Below the pieces are notes generated by a model. The model ran no database searches. It was not told the origin of the DNA and saw nothing but the letters and a program-made list of their open reading frames with translations. DNA of 64,000 nt from an uncultured Verrucomicrobiae bacterium (GTDB lineage: Bacteria > Verrucomicrobiota > Verrucomicrobiia > Limisphaerales > Palsa-1400): NCBI GenBank assembly GCA_963764165.1, contig CAVXRD010000002.1, positions 672,001 through 736,000 of the forward strand, written 5' to 3'. Positions 38,245-47,376 of this stretch are shown here, piece by piece. The position numbers were made by a program, and so were the translations under genes. How positions within the stretch are numbered: position 1 is the stretch's first letter; each line of letters starts with the position of its first letter.

Positions 38245-39039
38245 ATGACCCCGCCCTTCTACGACACCCACGCGCATCTCGGTTATCCCGATTTTGCGGG
38301 CGAGCTGCCGCAAATCGTCGCGCGGGCTGAGGCGGCGGGGATCACCAAGATCATCACCATCGGCACCGATTTGGAAACGAGCGAGCGAGCCATCGCCATT
38401 GCCGAGCAATTTCCGCAGGTTTACGCGGCCGTTGGCTGGCATCCGACGGATGCCCTCCGAGCACCGGAGGATATTCGCCCCGCGTTTTCCAAGTTGGCGC
38501 GGCATCCTAAAGTCGTGGCCATTGGCGAGACGGGCTTGGACTATTTTCGCCCTCCCGAAGGAGATGTGGGCCGCTACAAGGCGAAGCAGGCGCAGCTTTT
38601 TCGCCAGCAGTTGGAATTGGCGTGCGATCTCGGTTTGAACTGCATCATACACCAACGCAGTTCGTTTGAGGATGCGCTGGAGCAAATGAAGCCGTTTGAA
38701 TCGCGGACGAAAGGGGTTTTCCACTGCTTTTCCGAAAGCTTGGAATCGATGAGACGGGTATTTGAGGCGGGATTCTTGATCAGTTTTACCGGGATTCTGA
38801 CTTTCAAAAACGGAACCAATGTCCGCGAGGCCTTCGCGGCAGCCGCCCCAAATCGCTTCATGCTGGAAACAGATTGCCCCTTTTTGGCGCCGGTTCCGTA
38901 TCGGGGCAAACGCTGTGAGCCAGCTTACGTCCGGGAAATTGCAGGAATGGGGGCCGAAGTGAGGGGGTGTGCGTTGGAAGTGCTCAGCGTCGCCACGTGC
39001 GAAACGGCACACCAATTCTTTCCTAAATTGTTGAATTAA
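38245..39039 (+). CDS. tatD: TatD-family DNase
   Basis: DTHAHL, GWHP, IGETGLDY, HCFS, LETDCPFLAPVPYRGK..EP. Confidence 0.95.
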   Translation: MTPPFYDTHAHLGYPDFAGELPQIVARAEAAGITKIITIGTDLETSERAIAIAEQFPQVYAAVGWHPTDALRAPEDIRPAFSKLARHPKVVAIGETGLDYFRPPEGDVGRYKAKQAQLFRQQLELACDLGLNCIIHQRSSFEDALEQMKPFESRTKGVFHCFSESLESMRRVFEAGFLISFTGILTFKNGTNVREAFAAAAPNRFMLETDCPFLAPVPYRGKRCEPAYVREIAGMGAEVRGCALEVLSVATCETAHQFFPKLLN

Positions 39040-39152
39040 AACGCACTACACACAAAACGAGTTAAATGAACAAACATCCTCAGCTTGACTTGAAACAAAA
39101 CAAGTTAAAAAAGTCGTGACATTTCGCAATGTCCCTGCGAAAGTTTTTTGAA

Positions 39153-40154
39153 ATGAATTTCTCCGCCTCATCTCGGAAAGTCCTGTCTTCTCGCCCCGCC
39201 ACTAGCTTAGACGCAACAGAATGCGGCGCATTCACATTAATTGAGTTGCTGGTTGTCATTGCCATTATCGCCATTCTGGCTGCGCTGTTGTTGCCCGCGT
39301 TAGCCCGTTCCAAACAGCAGGCGATCGCCACCAACTGCATGAGCAATGAAAAACAGCTTGTTATAGCGTGGAAATTGTACACCGATGATAACAAAGGCGT
39401 TTTTCCATATAATGAAGAGAACAATACTAGTGGCGGCGCTTGGGTGGTTGGGTATATGGATTATGGTGGAGAGTCTTACCTTACTAATACCGAGTATATA
39501 CTGAACCCGAATATTATTTATCCGGGAAATGGGCAATCACAAGGTGCTGGTGCCCAAATGGGGCCTTACGTGAGCAAACAGCCCAGGATTTACCGTTGTC
39601 CGGCCGATGCAAGCCTCTCGGAGGGCAATCGTGGACAACCGCGGACTCGCAGTATTTCAATGAATCAAGCAATCGGCTATGCCCTTAACGGAACTCCCGT
39701 GGACGGAGGAAATCCGCAGGGATACTGGTTGCCATCAGTTTATACGGCCTCAACTGGGGGAGCGGAAGGCGCGAATCTCTACCAATGCTATTTTAAGGAG
39801 TCGATGTTGGCTCGCCCGAGCCCTTCCAGCCTCTTCCTTTTCATAGACGAAAATCCCGATACGATCAACGACGCAGCCTGGGCGTTTAGGATGCCGGATG
39901 CCGCGACTGGAACATTCGATTGGATAGATATGCCATCGAAGACTCACGGCGACGCGGGGGGGTTTGGATTCGTTGATGGCCACTCAGAGGTGCATCATTG
40001 GCGCTTTCCCAGCGCCATTCCGACGACAGTCTACAATAATAACCCGCCGGCACAGGTGCCCGTCCCCAACAATAAGGATATATTTTGGGTCGGATCGAGG
40101 GCTTCCGCTCCATCCGAACCCACCCAGCAGCTTCCCTTCCCTTATCAGCAGTAA
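39153..40154 (+). CDS. Prepilin-type N-methylation / H-X9-DG domain protein (DUF1559-like)
   Basis: [46 protein letters not shown]; start uncertain. Confidence 0.92.
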   Translation: MNFSASSRKVLSSRPATSLDATECGAFTLIELLVVIAIIAILAALLLPALARSKQQAIATNCMSNEKQLVIAWKLYTDDNKGVFPYNEENNTSGGAWVVGYMDYGGESYLTNTEYILNPNIIYPGNGQSQGAGAQMGPYVSKQPRIYRCPADASLSEGNRGQPRTRSISMNQAIGYALNGTPVDGGNPQGYWLPSVYTASTGGAEGANLYQCYFKESMLARPSPSSLFLFIDENPDTINDAAWAFRMPDAATGTFDWIDMPSKTHGDAGGFGFVDGHSEVHHWRFPSAIPTTVYNNNPPAQVPVPNNKDIFWVGSRASAPSEPTQQLPFPYQQ

Positions 40155-40181
40155 GGTCGGGGCCTCTAGGGCAGGTATTTT

Positions 40182-40208
40182 AATGCACCGATTCATCGGT
40201 GCATTTTT
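40182..40208 (+). terminator. Probable intrinsic terminator
   Basis: aatgcaccga-ttca-tcggtgcatt followed by T run, ~28 bp after the stop. Confidence 0.6.
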
Positions 40209-40642
40209 GCGTAGTCGAATTAGTTTTTGATGATCGCGCCACCCGCTCGTGCTTCCTCTCAGTGTGCAAGCTGAATTGTTACATCCAAGTCGAATGCCGT
40301 TGCGAAATCGTAACAACGAAACCTTGCGACATTGACTTTGGCTCAGATGCCCGCCGCCTCTCAAAACTTCCGAACCGCGATGGGTGAGCCGTGGAACTCG
40401 TTCCAACGCTCCACCTGTTTCAAAGCGGCTGCGGCTGGTCTTCGACACAGCCGGCTCCGCGTGTGGCCCTGCGCCCATCACCATTTTCAATTCCCTCCAT
40501 ATATGCAACAGAGCCCTGAATCGGTTTGCTAATTCAGGACCTGGGTGCAGAATGACTGGCTAAGCGAGCAATATCTGGACAATGAAATCGGCTTGCGTGT
40601 ACATCGCATCCGATGTCTGCGTTCGGAATCCGCTTCCGAATA

Positions 40643-42256
40643 ATGCGAAAATATAAACGCCGCATGCAGCAACTCGCCGCGTTGGTGGCGGGGGCCGCGA
40701 CTGGAGTTGCTATGAGTCCAGCATCGGGACAGTTATTGGGCCAGAATCTTTTCCCGTCGAATAATCCATGGAGCCAGAACATCAGCAGCGCACCCGTCGC
40801 CACCAATTCGGCGAGCATCATTTCCGCCATTGGCGATTCGACAAAGATTCACCCAGACTGGGGAGATGACAGCCCGGCCAACGGAACCAGCCCGTTATAC
40901 GGAATTCCCTACAATGTCGTGCATGGCAACAGCACCCCGAAGATAAGCGTCGTCATTGATAATTACCCCGGCGAGAGCGACATCCTTGCCGCGCCAATTC
41001 CAACGAACGCGGTCATCGAGGGCGATTATCAGAATGGGCCAAATCCGAGTGGACCCGGATACAACAACGGCCAGCGCGGCGACTCCCACCTCCTTGTCTG
41101 GGACGAGGACAATAATATTGCTTACGAGTTTTATGGAGCGGCGCGGCCTGCCGATACCAATTTGCTCGACGAGACACCGCACACCGACGGCAACTGGCAC
41201 GCGGCGCAGGAAACGGTTTGGAATTTTAACACGAATGACTTTCGCACTCTCGGTTATACCTCCGCCGACGCTGCGGGATTATCCATTCTTGCGGGTCTCG
41301 CGCGCCCGGACGAAGGGCTGCCGGTGTCGCAAGGCGGCCACGGCGCCATCAATCATGCGCTGCGGATGACCTTGCCGAAAAGCATCGTCAGCGACCAATA
41401 CATTTATCCAGCTTCTCATATTGTTAATGCGTCCGGGACGCTCCCATTTGGCGCGCGGCTGCGCCTGAAGAACAACAGCACCGTAAACACCCTTATGGCT
41501 GCGATGGGGCCGGAATCACAAATTGTGGCCCGCGCGATGCAACAGTATGGCTTGATCCTCGCGGACATTGGCAGCCCGATGTTCGTCACCGGCGCATCCG
41601 CCTCGGTGAATACCACCAACGGCATCAGTGTAGTTTGGAACATGGACGATATCCTGGGCGGATTAGAACAGCTTACCGCCAGTAACTTCGATATAGTAAA
41701 TCTAACACCGGCCGTGACCAACCTTAGCCAAAGCTCCGGAGCGGCAGGCACGCATTTGACGATCGGCGGCTATAACTTCTCCGGCGCCGCCGGGCATATT
41801 TCCGTCTTCTTCGGCGCAACGGAGGCGTCCGCTCCCACGGCCCTAAGTGACTCCCAGATTTCTGTGACAGTTCCGTCTGGCTCGGGGACGGTGGATGTCA
41901 CCGTTCAATCTGGTCTTTATGAGCCGGATACCGACGACGGCCCGGGTGCCAACGTCCATGAACCCATTTTCGGTTATGGAAAATCGGCAACGAATTCGGC
42001 TGACAAATTCACCTACGTGGCTGTGCCAATAATCCTGCACGTGTCAGCGAGTGGCGGCGGCTTCGTGGCGAGCGGGACAAACAATGCCGGGCCCGGCGGA
42101 ACTTACCATGTGATCGTGTCAACAAATCTATTGTTGTCGAAGGCAAATTGGACGGTGCTGACCAACGGCAATTTTGACAGCAAAGGAAATTTCTCGTTTA
42201 CCAACGCTATTTCGCCCATGAACGCGGAGTTGTTCTATAGGCTCCGCGTGCCGTAG
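40643..42256 (+). CDS. Secreted protein with IPT/TIG domain and a C-terminal sorting-like domain
   Basis: Signal-like N-terminus; GDSH, ADAAGL, INHALR core; IPT (PAVTNLS..SG..GT..TI.G.NF); C-terminus YHVIVSTNL...WT...FYRLRVP; start uncertain. Confidence 0.82.
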   Translation: MRKYKRRMQQLAALVAGAATGVAMSPASGQLLGQNLFPSNNPWSQNISSAPVATNSASIISAIGDSTKIHPDWGDDSPANGTSPLYGIPYNVVHGNSTPKISVVIDNYPGESDILAAPIPTNAVIEGDYQNGPNPSGPGYNNGQRGDSHLLVWDEDNNIAYEFYGAARPADTNLLDETPHTDGNWHAAQETVWNFNTNDFRTLGYTSADAAGLSILAGLARPDEGLPVSQGGHGAINHALRMTLPKSIVSDQYIYPASHIVNASGTLPFGARLRLKNNSTVNTLMAAMGPESQIVARAMQQYGLILADIGSPMFVTGASASVNTTNGISVVWNMDDILGGLEQLTASNFDIVNLTPAVTNLSQSSGAAGTHLTIGGYNFSGAAGHISVFFGATEASAPTALSDSQISVTVPSGSGTVDVTVQSGLYEPDTDDGPGANVHEPIFGYGKSATNSADKFTYVAVPIILHVSASGGGFVASGTNNAGPGGTYHVIVSTNLLLSKANWTVLTNGNFDSKGNFSFTNAISPMNAELFYRLRVP

Positions 42257-42332
42257 CGGGGAGGAAAGGGTTCTGAAATTAAACAGGAGAAAAACCGAGA
42301 GAACAGAGAAAAATGGCCTTTGAGGTTGCAAC

Positions 42333-42595
42333 GGGCGCATCTCACTTTTTGGCAATCCCTTGCCGACGAAACGCGGATTCCCTCGCCCCGCCCAGCGGGG
42401 AGAGGGTTAGGGAGAGGGGAGCTTAGCAAACGACTAAAATCCATCGGCCTCAATGCGCATCGCCTCGCCTAGCATTAACGAGTTGCCCCTCTCTCCTTCT
42501 CTCTCCCCGCCAAGCGTGGCGGGGAGAGAGCGATCACTTGTCGCTCTGCGGAGCTTTTTGCAGAAGTCCGCCCTCACTAAAACTGAGATGCGCCC
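42333..42595. mobile_element. MITE with TIR GGGCGCATCTCA and 9-bp target duplication
   Basis: gggcgcatctca...tgagatgcgccc flanked by GGTTGCAAC at 42324 and 42596; internal ccct..cccc/ggggagaggg palindrome pair. Confidence 0.88.
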
Positions 42596-42604
42596 GGTTG
42601 CAAC

Positions 42605-42820
42605 CGGCGTATCTCATTTTATCTCAAGGCTACTATGTCGCCCCGATGGGGCTTAGGAGGTTTTTCGGGCGTGTAACTACAAATATCGGCGCTCGAGCCA
42701 GCTTCTGGCGCCAGATCAGAAGCCCCGTCAGGGGCGAAATATTTGTAGTAACCGATGCTCAAGGTATAAGCCCCGTAGGTGGCGGCATAAACATGTGGAG
42801 GTGCAAAGTGAGATACCCCC
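42605..42820. mobile_element. Older MITE of the same TIR family
   Basis: cggcgtatctcatttt ... aaagtgagataccccc; degenerate TSD (ggttgcaac / cattgcacc); internal agcccc..ggggcg palindromes. Confidence 0.65.
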
Positions 42821-42951
42821 CATTGCACCGATGATTTTTCCATCTCCGTTTCCTCGGACTTCCTCCTGTTCAAACCGCCCAAGCAATTTTCAAAACACGC
42901 TCTAAAAACCCGGCTTGACCGCGACACCTCGCAAGTGTGCATTTGATGGGT

Positions 42952-43209
42952 ATGACCGATGTGACTTCCAAGACACTGCACGAAAAGACCGGACAACTTC
43001 TGGATCGCGCGCGTCAGGGCGAGCGATTCCGTGTATTGGGAGACGGTCGCGCAGACGTCTTTCTGGTCCCTGCGGCGGAGTCAATGGATCCGGAGTGACT
43101 CGAGATCATGGCGGAAGTTTGGAAGGCGCAGAAAAAATCCGGGGCGACGCGCCCAAACCCCGTGTTGAAGGAGAGGAAAGCACGGAAGTATGCCGCTCGT
43201 TTACGCTGA
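42952..43209 (+). pseudogene. Phd/YefM-type antitoxin with in-frame stop
   Basis: MTDVTSKTLHEKTGQLLDRARQGERFRV...; TGA at 43096-43098, frame continues to TGA 43209. Confidence 0.72.
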
Positions 43210-43656
43210 CACGTCAGCCCTGTTTGCGTTCTTCCGCGCGAAGGGCATTGAGGAGTTTTGGACCTGCGATGAGGAGCAATCAAAGGCTGTAAAGGTGGCG
43301 GGGTTGAAACTCCGCCTGTTGGTTCCTCGCTGTTTTCAATGGAACAATGATGGTGCAGGCATCTTGATGGAAATTTTCAGGGAACGACGGAAAGACGCCG
43401 CGTTTCATGCAACCAGACAGCGCGGGAAGAAATGTTGCGGGTCTGTTGCGGGTTTGTTGCTATTTTTGTTGCCCCTTATCTCGTTGATGGTCAACCGTGT
43501 AGCGGGTGTTGCCCCTTTTTCGAGATCATACATTATACCGAGCTTTGGCCAAGCCAGTGCCAATCCTGGATTCCAAATGGGTTGTCCCGCAGCGACGGCT
43601 GACGAGTTGCCTCATTCCACCGAAAATGGCGAGGAACCCGCCTGTTTGCCCTTTGA
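43190..43656 (+). pseudogene. VapC/PIN toxin remnant (core deleted, MITE inserted)
   Basis: VYADTSAL joined almost directly to FWTCDEEQ..A...GL; original end LRLFAL* is restored by removing the MITE. Confidence 0.75.
43321..43638. mobile_element. MITE with ISL3-like ends and 8-bp target duplication
   Basis: ggttcctcgctgttttcaatggaa ... ttccaccgaaaatggcgaggaacc; CGCCTGTT at 43313 and 43639. Confidence 0.88.
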
Positions 43657-43708
43657 ATTCCATATCAGGGGGCGCCGCAAAGGGCAGATCGCCTCGTTTC
43701 CGCTTAAG

Positions 43709-44923
43709 CTAAGTGATGGGTTTTCGCTCCGAAAATTGCGGGTCGCGCCACGCTTTTGTTAACATGACATCTCGCAAAATATCGCCGGCGTTCCATGCGT
43801 CTTCATGGCTTAGATAAAGCGGCGTCAATCCGAAGCGGAGTATGTCGGGCTCCCGGAAATCGCCGATGACGCCGCGCGCGATCAGTGCCTGGATGATGGC
43901 ATAGGCGTCAGGGTGGCGGAAACTTATGTGGCTGCCTCGTTCCGCGGCTTTGCGTGGTGTGACGCATTCAAGTCCAATCAAGTCTCCGGCCTGGGCGAGA
44001 ATGCCGAAGAGCGCCTCGCTCTTTTTCCACACCACGTCACGATCCACGTTGTGCCAGAGGTCGATGCCGCCCTCCAGCGCGGCCATTGCGAGGATGGGCG
44101 GAGTGCCCGCCAGCCAGCGCGTCATGCCGAGCGCGGGCGAATAAGCGTCCGCAAACGCGAACGGGGCGGCGTGCCCCATCCACCCCGAAAGCGGACTTGC
44201 GAGTCGCTCCTGCCAGCGCGCGGCCACGTAGAGAAACGCGGGTGCGCCGGGGCTGCCGTTGAGATACTTGTATGTGCAGCCCACCGCAAGATCGGCGCCC
44301 GCGGCAGTCAAATCGACGGGAATTGCGCCGGTCGAATGGCTGAGGTCCCAAAGCACCACCGCGCCAGCTTTGTGCGCGGCGGCTGTCATCGCGGTCATGT
44401 CAAAACGCGCGCCTGTCTTGTAGTGGACGTGGGTCAGCACGAGCACTGCCGTGTCGCGTCCAAGGGCTGCCGCAATTTCGCCGCGCGGAACTGCTTTCAG
44501 CACGGCGCCGGGAACGCAGCCTGCCGCGCCCTCCGCGACGTGAAGATCGGTTGGAAAATTCCCCTGCTCGCTGACTATCACGCGCCGCGCCGGATCGATT
44601 CGCAGCGCGGCAACCAGAAGTTTAAATAGATTGGCGGACGTGGAGTCGGCGACGATGACCTCACGGGCTGCCGCGCCAATCAATGCCGCGATTTTTGCTC
44701 CGATGCGCTGGGGCGATTCCATCCAGCCTTCATTCCAACTTCGGATCAGCCGCTCGCCCCATTGGCGGTTGGTCGCGTCGGCGAGGACGTCGACCGTGGC
44801 CTTCGGCAAAGCGCCGAGCGAGTTGCCATCGAGATAGATGACTCCTTGCGGAAGCGCAAAACGCTGCTTCATCGAAGCGAGCGGGTCAGCGGCGTCAAGC
44901 GCGCGTGCCTCTTCGCGTGTCAC
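43709..44923 (-). CDS. kynU: Kynureninase
   Basis: LDAADPL, IYLDGNSLG, NFPTD, WDLSHS.G, GCTYKYLNG.PG.P, RGSH; GTG start overlapping the upstream stop. Confidence 0.95.
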   Translation of the reverse strand: MTREEARALDAADPLASMKQRFALPQGVIYLDGNSLGALPKATVDVLADATNRQWGERLIRSWNEGWMESPQRIGAKIAALIGAAAREVIVADSTSANLFKLLVAALRIDPARRVIVSEQGNFPTDLHVAEGAAGCVPGAVLKAVPRGEIAAALGRDTAVLVLTHVHYKTGARFDMTAMTAAAHKAGAVVLWDLSHSTGAIPVDLTAAGADLAVGCTYKYLNGSPGAPAFLYVAARWQERLASPLSGWMGHAAPFAFADAYSPALGMTRWLAGTPPILAMAALEGGIDLWHNVDRDVVWKKSEALFGILAQAGDLIGLECVTPRKAAERGSHISFRHPDAYAIIQALIARGVIGDFREPDILRFGLTPLYLSHEDAWNAGDILRDVMLTKAWRDPQFSERKPIT

Positions 44924-45798
44924 TTGCCCAGCGCTTTCTTGATCAGCCGCTTGGACTCGGCCCATGCGGCGGACTCCGGCGCAATAAGTTCCACATGGCC
45001 GGTGCCTGGCATAACGTGAAGCGCAACCACGTCTCCGGCCGCAGTTGCTTTCGCGACATAATCAACCGCCATGCGGCCCGGAATGATTTTGTCCTCGCGG
45101 CCGTTGACAAGATCCTGCGGAACGCCAAGCGGAAAGAGCCTCGGCACCGAAGTGTCGGCATAAGGCTCCGTGCGCCGGGTGCCAATGAGTCGCGCCACAA
45201 CTTCGCACCCGCAGCCGTTATCAGGGCTTGTTGCGGTCGCTTCCAAATCCGGCAATCCTCCAAGCGAGACGACATGAGCGATGCGCAATGGATTTTCGGA
45301 ATGCAGAGGACTCGCCTTGGGCAGCTTCGGGCGCCCCGCGAGCCACAATGCCAGATGGCCGCCTGCCGAATGGCCAACCGCAACCACCGCATTTGTGTCA
45401 AGATGATATTTTGCCGCGTCCGCCGCCATCTGGTCAGCCGCCTTTGCCACGTCGCTGAACGTGCCAGGATATCCGCCGCCCGCGCGGTCGACGCCGCGAT
45501 ACTCTATATTCCACACCGCGATTCCGTCCTTGCGCAGATCGTCGGAAATCCAGTCCATGATATGCCGGTCCGCGATGGCAGTCTGCCAGCAGCCGCCATG
45601 AACCATGACGACGACCGGAAACTCGCCCTTCCCTTCAGGCAGCCAGAGATCAATTTTCTGCAGCGAGTCGGCGCCGTAATCAATGGTCGTTGTCGGGCGT
45701 GGATGCGGGCGATTCAGGAGATCAGGCCAAGTCATGAGCGGGGCGCCGGCGGCAATAGAGACGGCAATCATCGTGATCAAGATGGTGGCAACGCGCAC
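44920..45798 (-). CDS. Alpha/beta hydrolase (HGG / GHSAG esterase-formamidase type)
   Basis: VHGGCW, NIEYR, GHSAGGHLA, D and GH catalytic candidates; signal-like N-terminus. Confidence 0.88.
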   Translation of the reverse strand: MRVATILITMIAVSIAAGAPLMTWPDLLNRPHPRPTTTIDYGADSLQKIDLWLPEGKGEFPVVVMVHGGCWQTAIADRHIMDWISDDLRKDGIAVWNIEYRGVDRAGGGYPGTFSDVAKAADQMAADAAKYHLDTNAVVAVGHSAGGHLALWLAGRPKLPKASPLHSENPLRIAHVVSLGGLPDLEATATSPDNGCGCEVVARLIGTRRTEPYADTSVPRLFPLGVPQDLVNGREDKIIPGRMAVDYVAKATAAGDVVALHVMPGTGHVELIAPESAAWAESKRLIKKALGK

Positions 45799-45883
45799 GA
45801 CGGACGTTAAAAAACGCGGAGCGAGCTTTCAATCCCAAAGCAATCGCTGAATTGCAATGGAGCATCAGGTTTGAAAACCTGCG

Positions 45884-46984
45884 CTACCCTTGGTCTTGCG
45901 CGGCGGTTCCGTTCAAAATGCGTGTGGCGAGGAGTTGCGCGCGGGCAATGGCTTGGTCCATGTCGTAATAACGGTACTCGCCGAGGCGGCCGCAAATCAA
46001 AAGATCCGGCGTGGCTTTGGCCCGTTCGCGATAGGCTTGGTAAAGCTTCGAGTTTTTTTCGTCCGGGAACGGATACTCGAAGGCGTTCGGATCCGTTGGC
46101 GTGACCGTTATCTCACGGGTCAGTACGGTGCCGCGGATGCGTTTGGCGTATTCCGGCTGCATCATCTGCTTCCATTCCAGCGTGCGAATGTGCGGGCCGG
46201 TCGTTGGATCGGGATTGTTGACCTGGCCGCAAGGCTGGGCGAAATCGACGTCCGGCAAATACTCGTGGTGGCGCTGCTGGCCGCGATAGGTCAATCGGCC
46301 CAAATCGCAGCCGAAGTATTCATCAATGGGGCCGGTGAAGATCGTCATCCCGGCGTCTTTGAACTGGTCGCGATTGTTTAGATAATCGCAATTGAGCAGC
46401 ACCGGGACGCCCTTGAACATGTTGATCATCAAATCTGAGTAGCCCTTTTCGGGGATGCCCTGGTACTTGTGCCGCATCAGGCGCGGCTCATCGTCTTCGC
46501 GGACGTCGAAGCGCCGGGCCAGTCCCGCGGAGAGCGAGGTGGCTGGGACGCCCCATTGTTTCTCGTTGTAGCCCTTGACGAATTTCTCGTAGACTATCCG
46601 CGGCATGATCGAGAGCGAGGCTTCCTCGAAATTGGCGGGCGTGCCTTTGAATTCCGGCTCCCATTTCGGACCGAGGACGCGGCGAATGTAGCTGCCGGCG
46701 ATGGGCCAGTTCTCATACTTCCCATCGACCAACGACACCAGCGCCGCTTCGTATTTGTAAAAGCTAGCGAAGCGGTTGACGAAGGCCCACAGATCATCGT
46801 CGTTGGTGCGAAAATAATGGGGGCCGTAGGTGTGAATGCGAATGCCGCTGGGATGGCAATGATCATGGACATTCCCGCCAACGTGTGTGCGCCTGTCCAC
46901 CACCAAAACTTGCCGTCCTGCGTCCACAAGCGCGCGGGCGATCACGGCTCCGGTCAGGCCGGATCCAACGATGAGATACTTCAT
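45884..46984 (-). CDS. glf: UDP-galactopyranose mutase
   Basis: IVGSGLTG, HVGGN, H.YGPH.F.T, GY.EKQWG, YQGIP..GY, GRLGEYRYYDMD. Confidence 0.95.
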   Translation of the reverse strand: MKYLIVGSGLTGAVIARALVDAGRQVLVVDRRTHVGGNVHDHCHPSGIRIHTYGPHYFRTNDDDLWAFVNRFASFYKYEAALVSLVDGKYENWPIAGSYIRRVLGPKWEPEFKGTPANFEEASLSIMPRIVYEKFVKGYNEKQWGVPATSLSAGLARRFDVREDDEPRLMRHKYQGIPEKGYSDLMINMFKGVPVLLNCDYLNNRDQFKDAGMTIFTGPIDEYFGCDLGRLTYRGQQRHHEYLPDVDFAQPCGQVNNPDPTTGPHIRTLEWKQMMQPEYAKRIRGTVLTREITVTPTDPNAFEYPFPDEKNSKLYQAYRERAKATPDLLICGRLGEYRYYDMDQAIARAQLLATRILNGTAAQDQG

Positions 46985-47376
46985 ATTCAGATAGCTATGC
47001 CTTTTGGCGGAGGAAAGCTCAACAAATCCGCCGGGAACGGTCAACCTAATTGAATCACGAGCCAGCCGCTTGCAAAATGCCGTGGTGGCAGACCCGTCGG
47101 TGACGCAACGCGGCTTTTGGCAGGGTCGCCCGCTGAGCCGAACCGAGGCCATGGCGTGGCAGCGCTGTTTGGTCGAATTTGAGATTGATTAACCACTTTC
47201 CGAAATTCCCTTTTTTTCCCAGACACATAACGACTGCATTATTAAAAATGGCACATGGGCAGCGTGGAGGCACGCAAATCAGCTTACAAAATCTGATTTG
47301 CGCCGCCGTCGATTCATCGCGTCAAATGGACTTGCGCCGGTTCGAGTCTTACCTCACGATGCCGCGCCGAGAAAGA

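Larger units (their letters stand above)
42281..42873. repeat. AACAGGAG-type palindrome with its loop expanded by insertions
   Basis: Left arm aaacaggagaaaaaccgagagaacagagaaaaat; right arm atttttccatctccgtttcctcggacttcctcctgttcaaa; same family as 1561-1653. Confidence 0.8.

Noticed and set aside
40432..40454. Hairpin cggctg-gtcttcgac-acagccg as another REP family
   Set aside because: Single copy in the window with no clear partner arm
42264..42904. Outermost MITE ending ttttcaaaacacgctcta around the nested repeats
   Set aside because: Candidate left end is too degenerate and no target duplication is visible
43096..43098. Recoded TGA (Sec or Trp read-through) in the antitoxin
   Set aside because: TGA is a normal stop throughout the window and the partner toxin is also decayed
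43190..43762. 190-aa ORF as an intact gene
   Set aside because: Chimera of the toxin remnant reading through a MITE into the kynU 3' end
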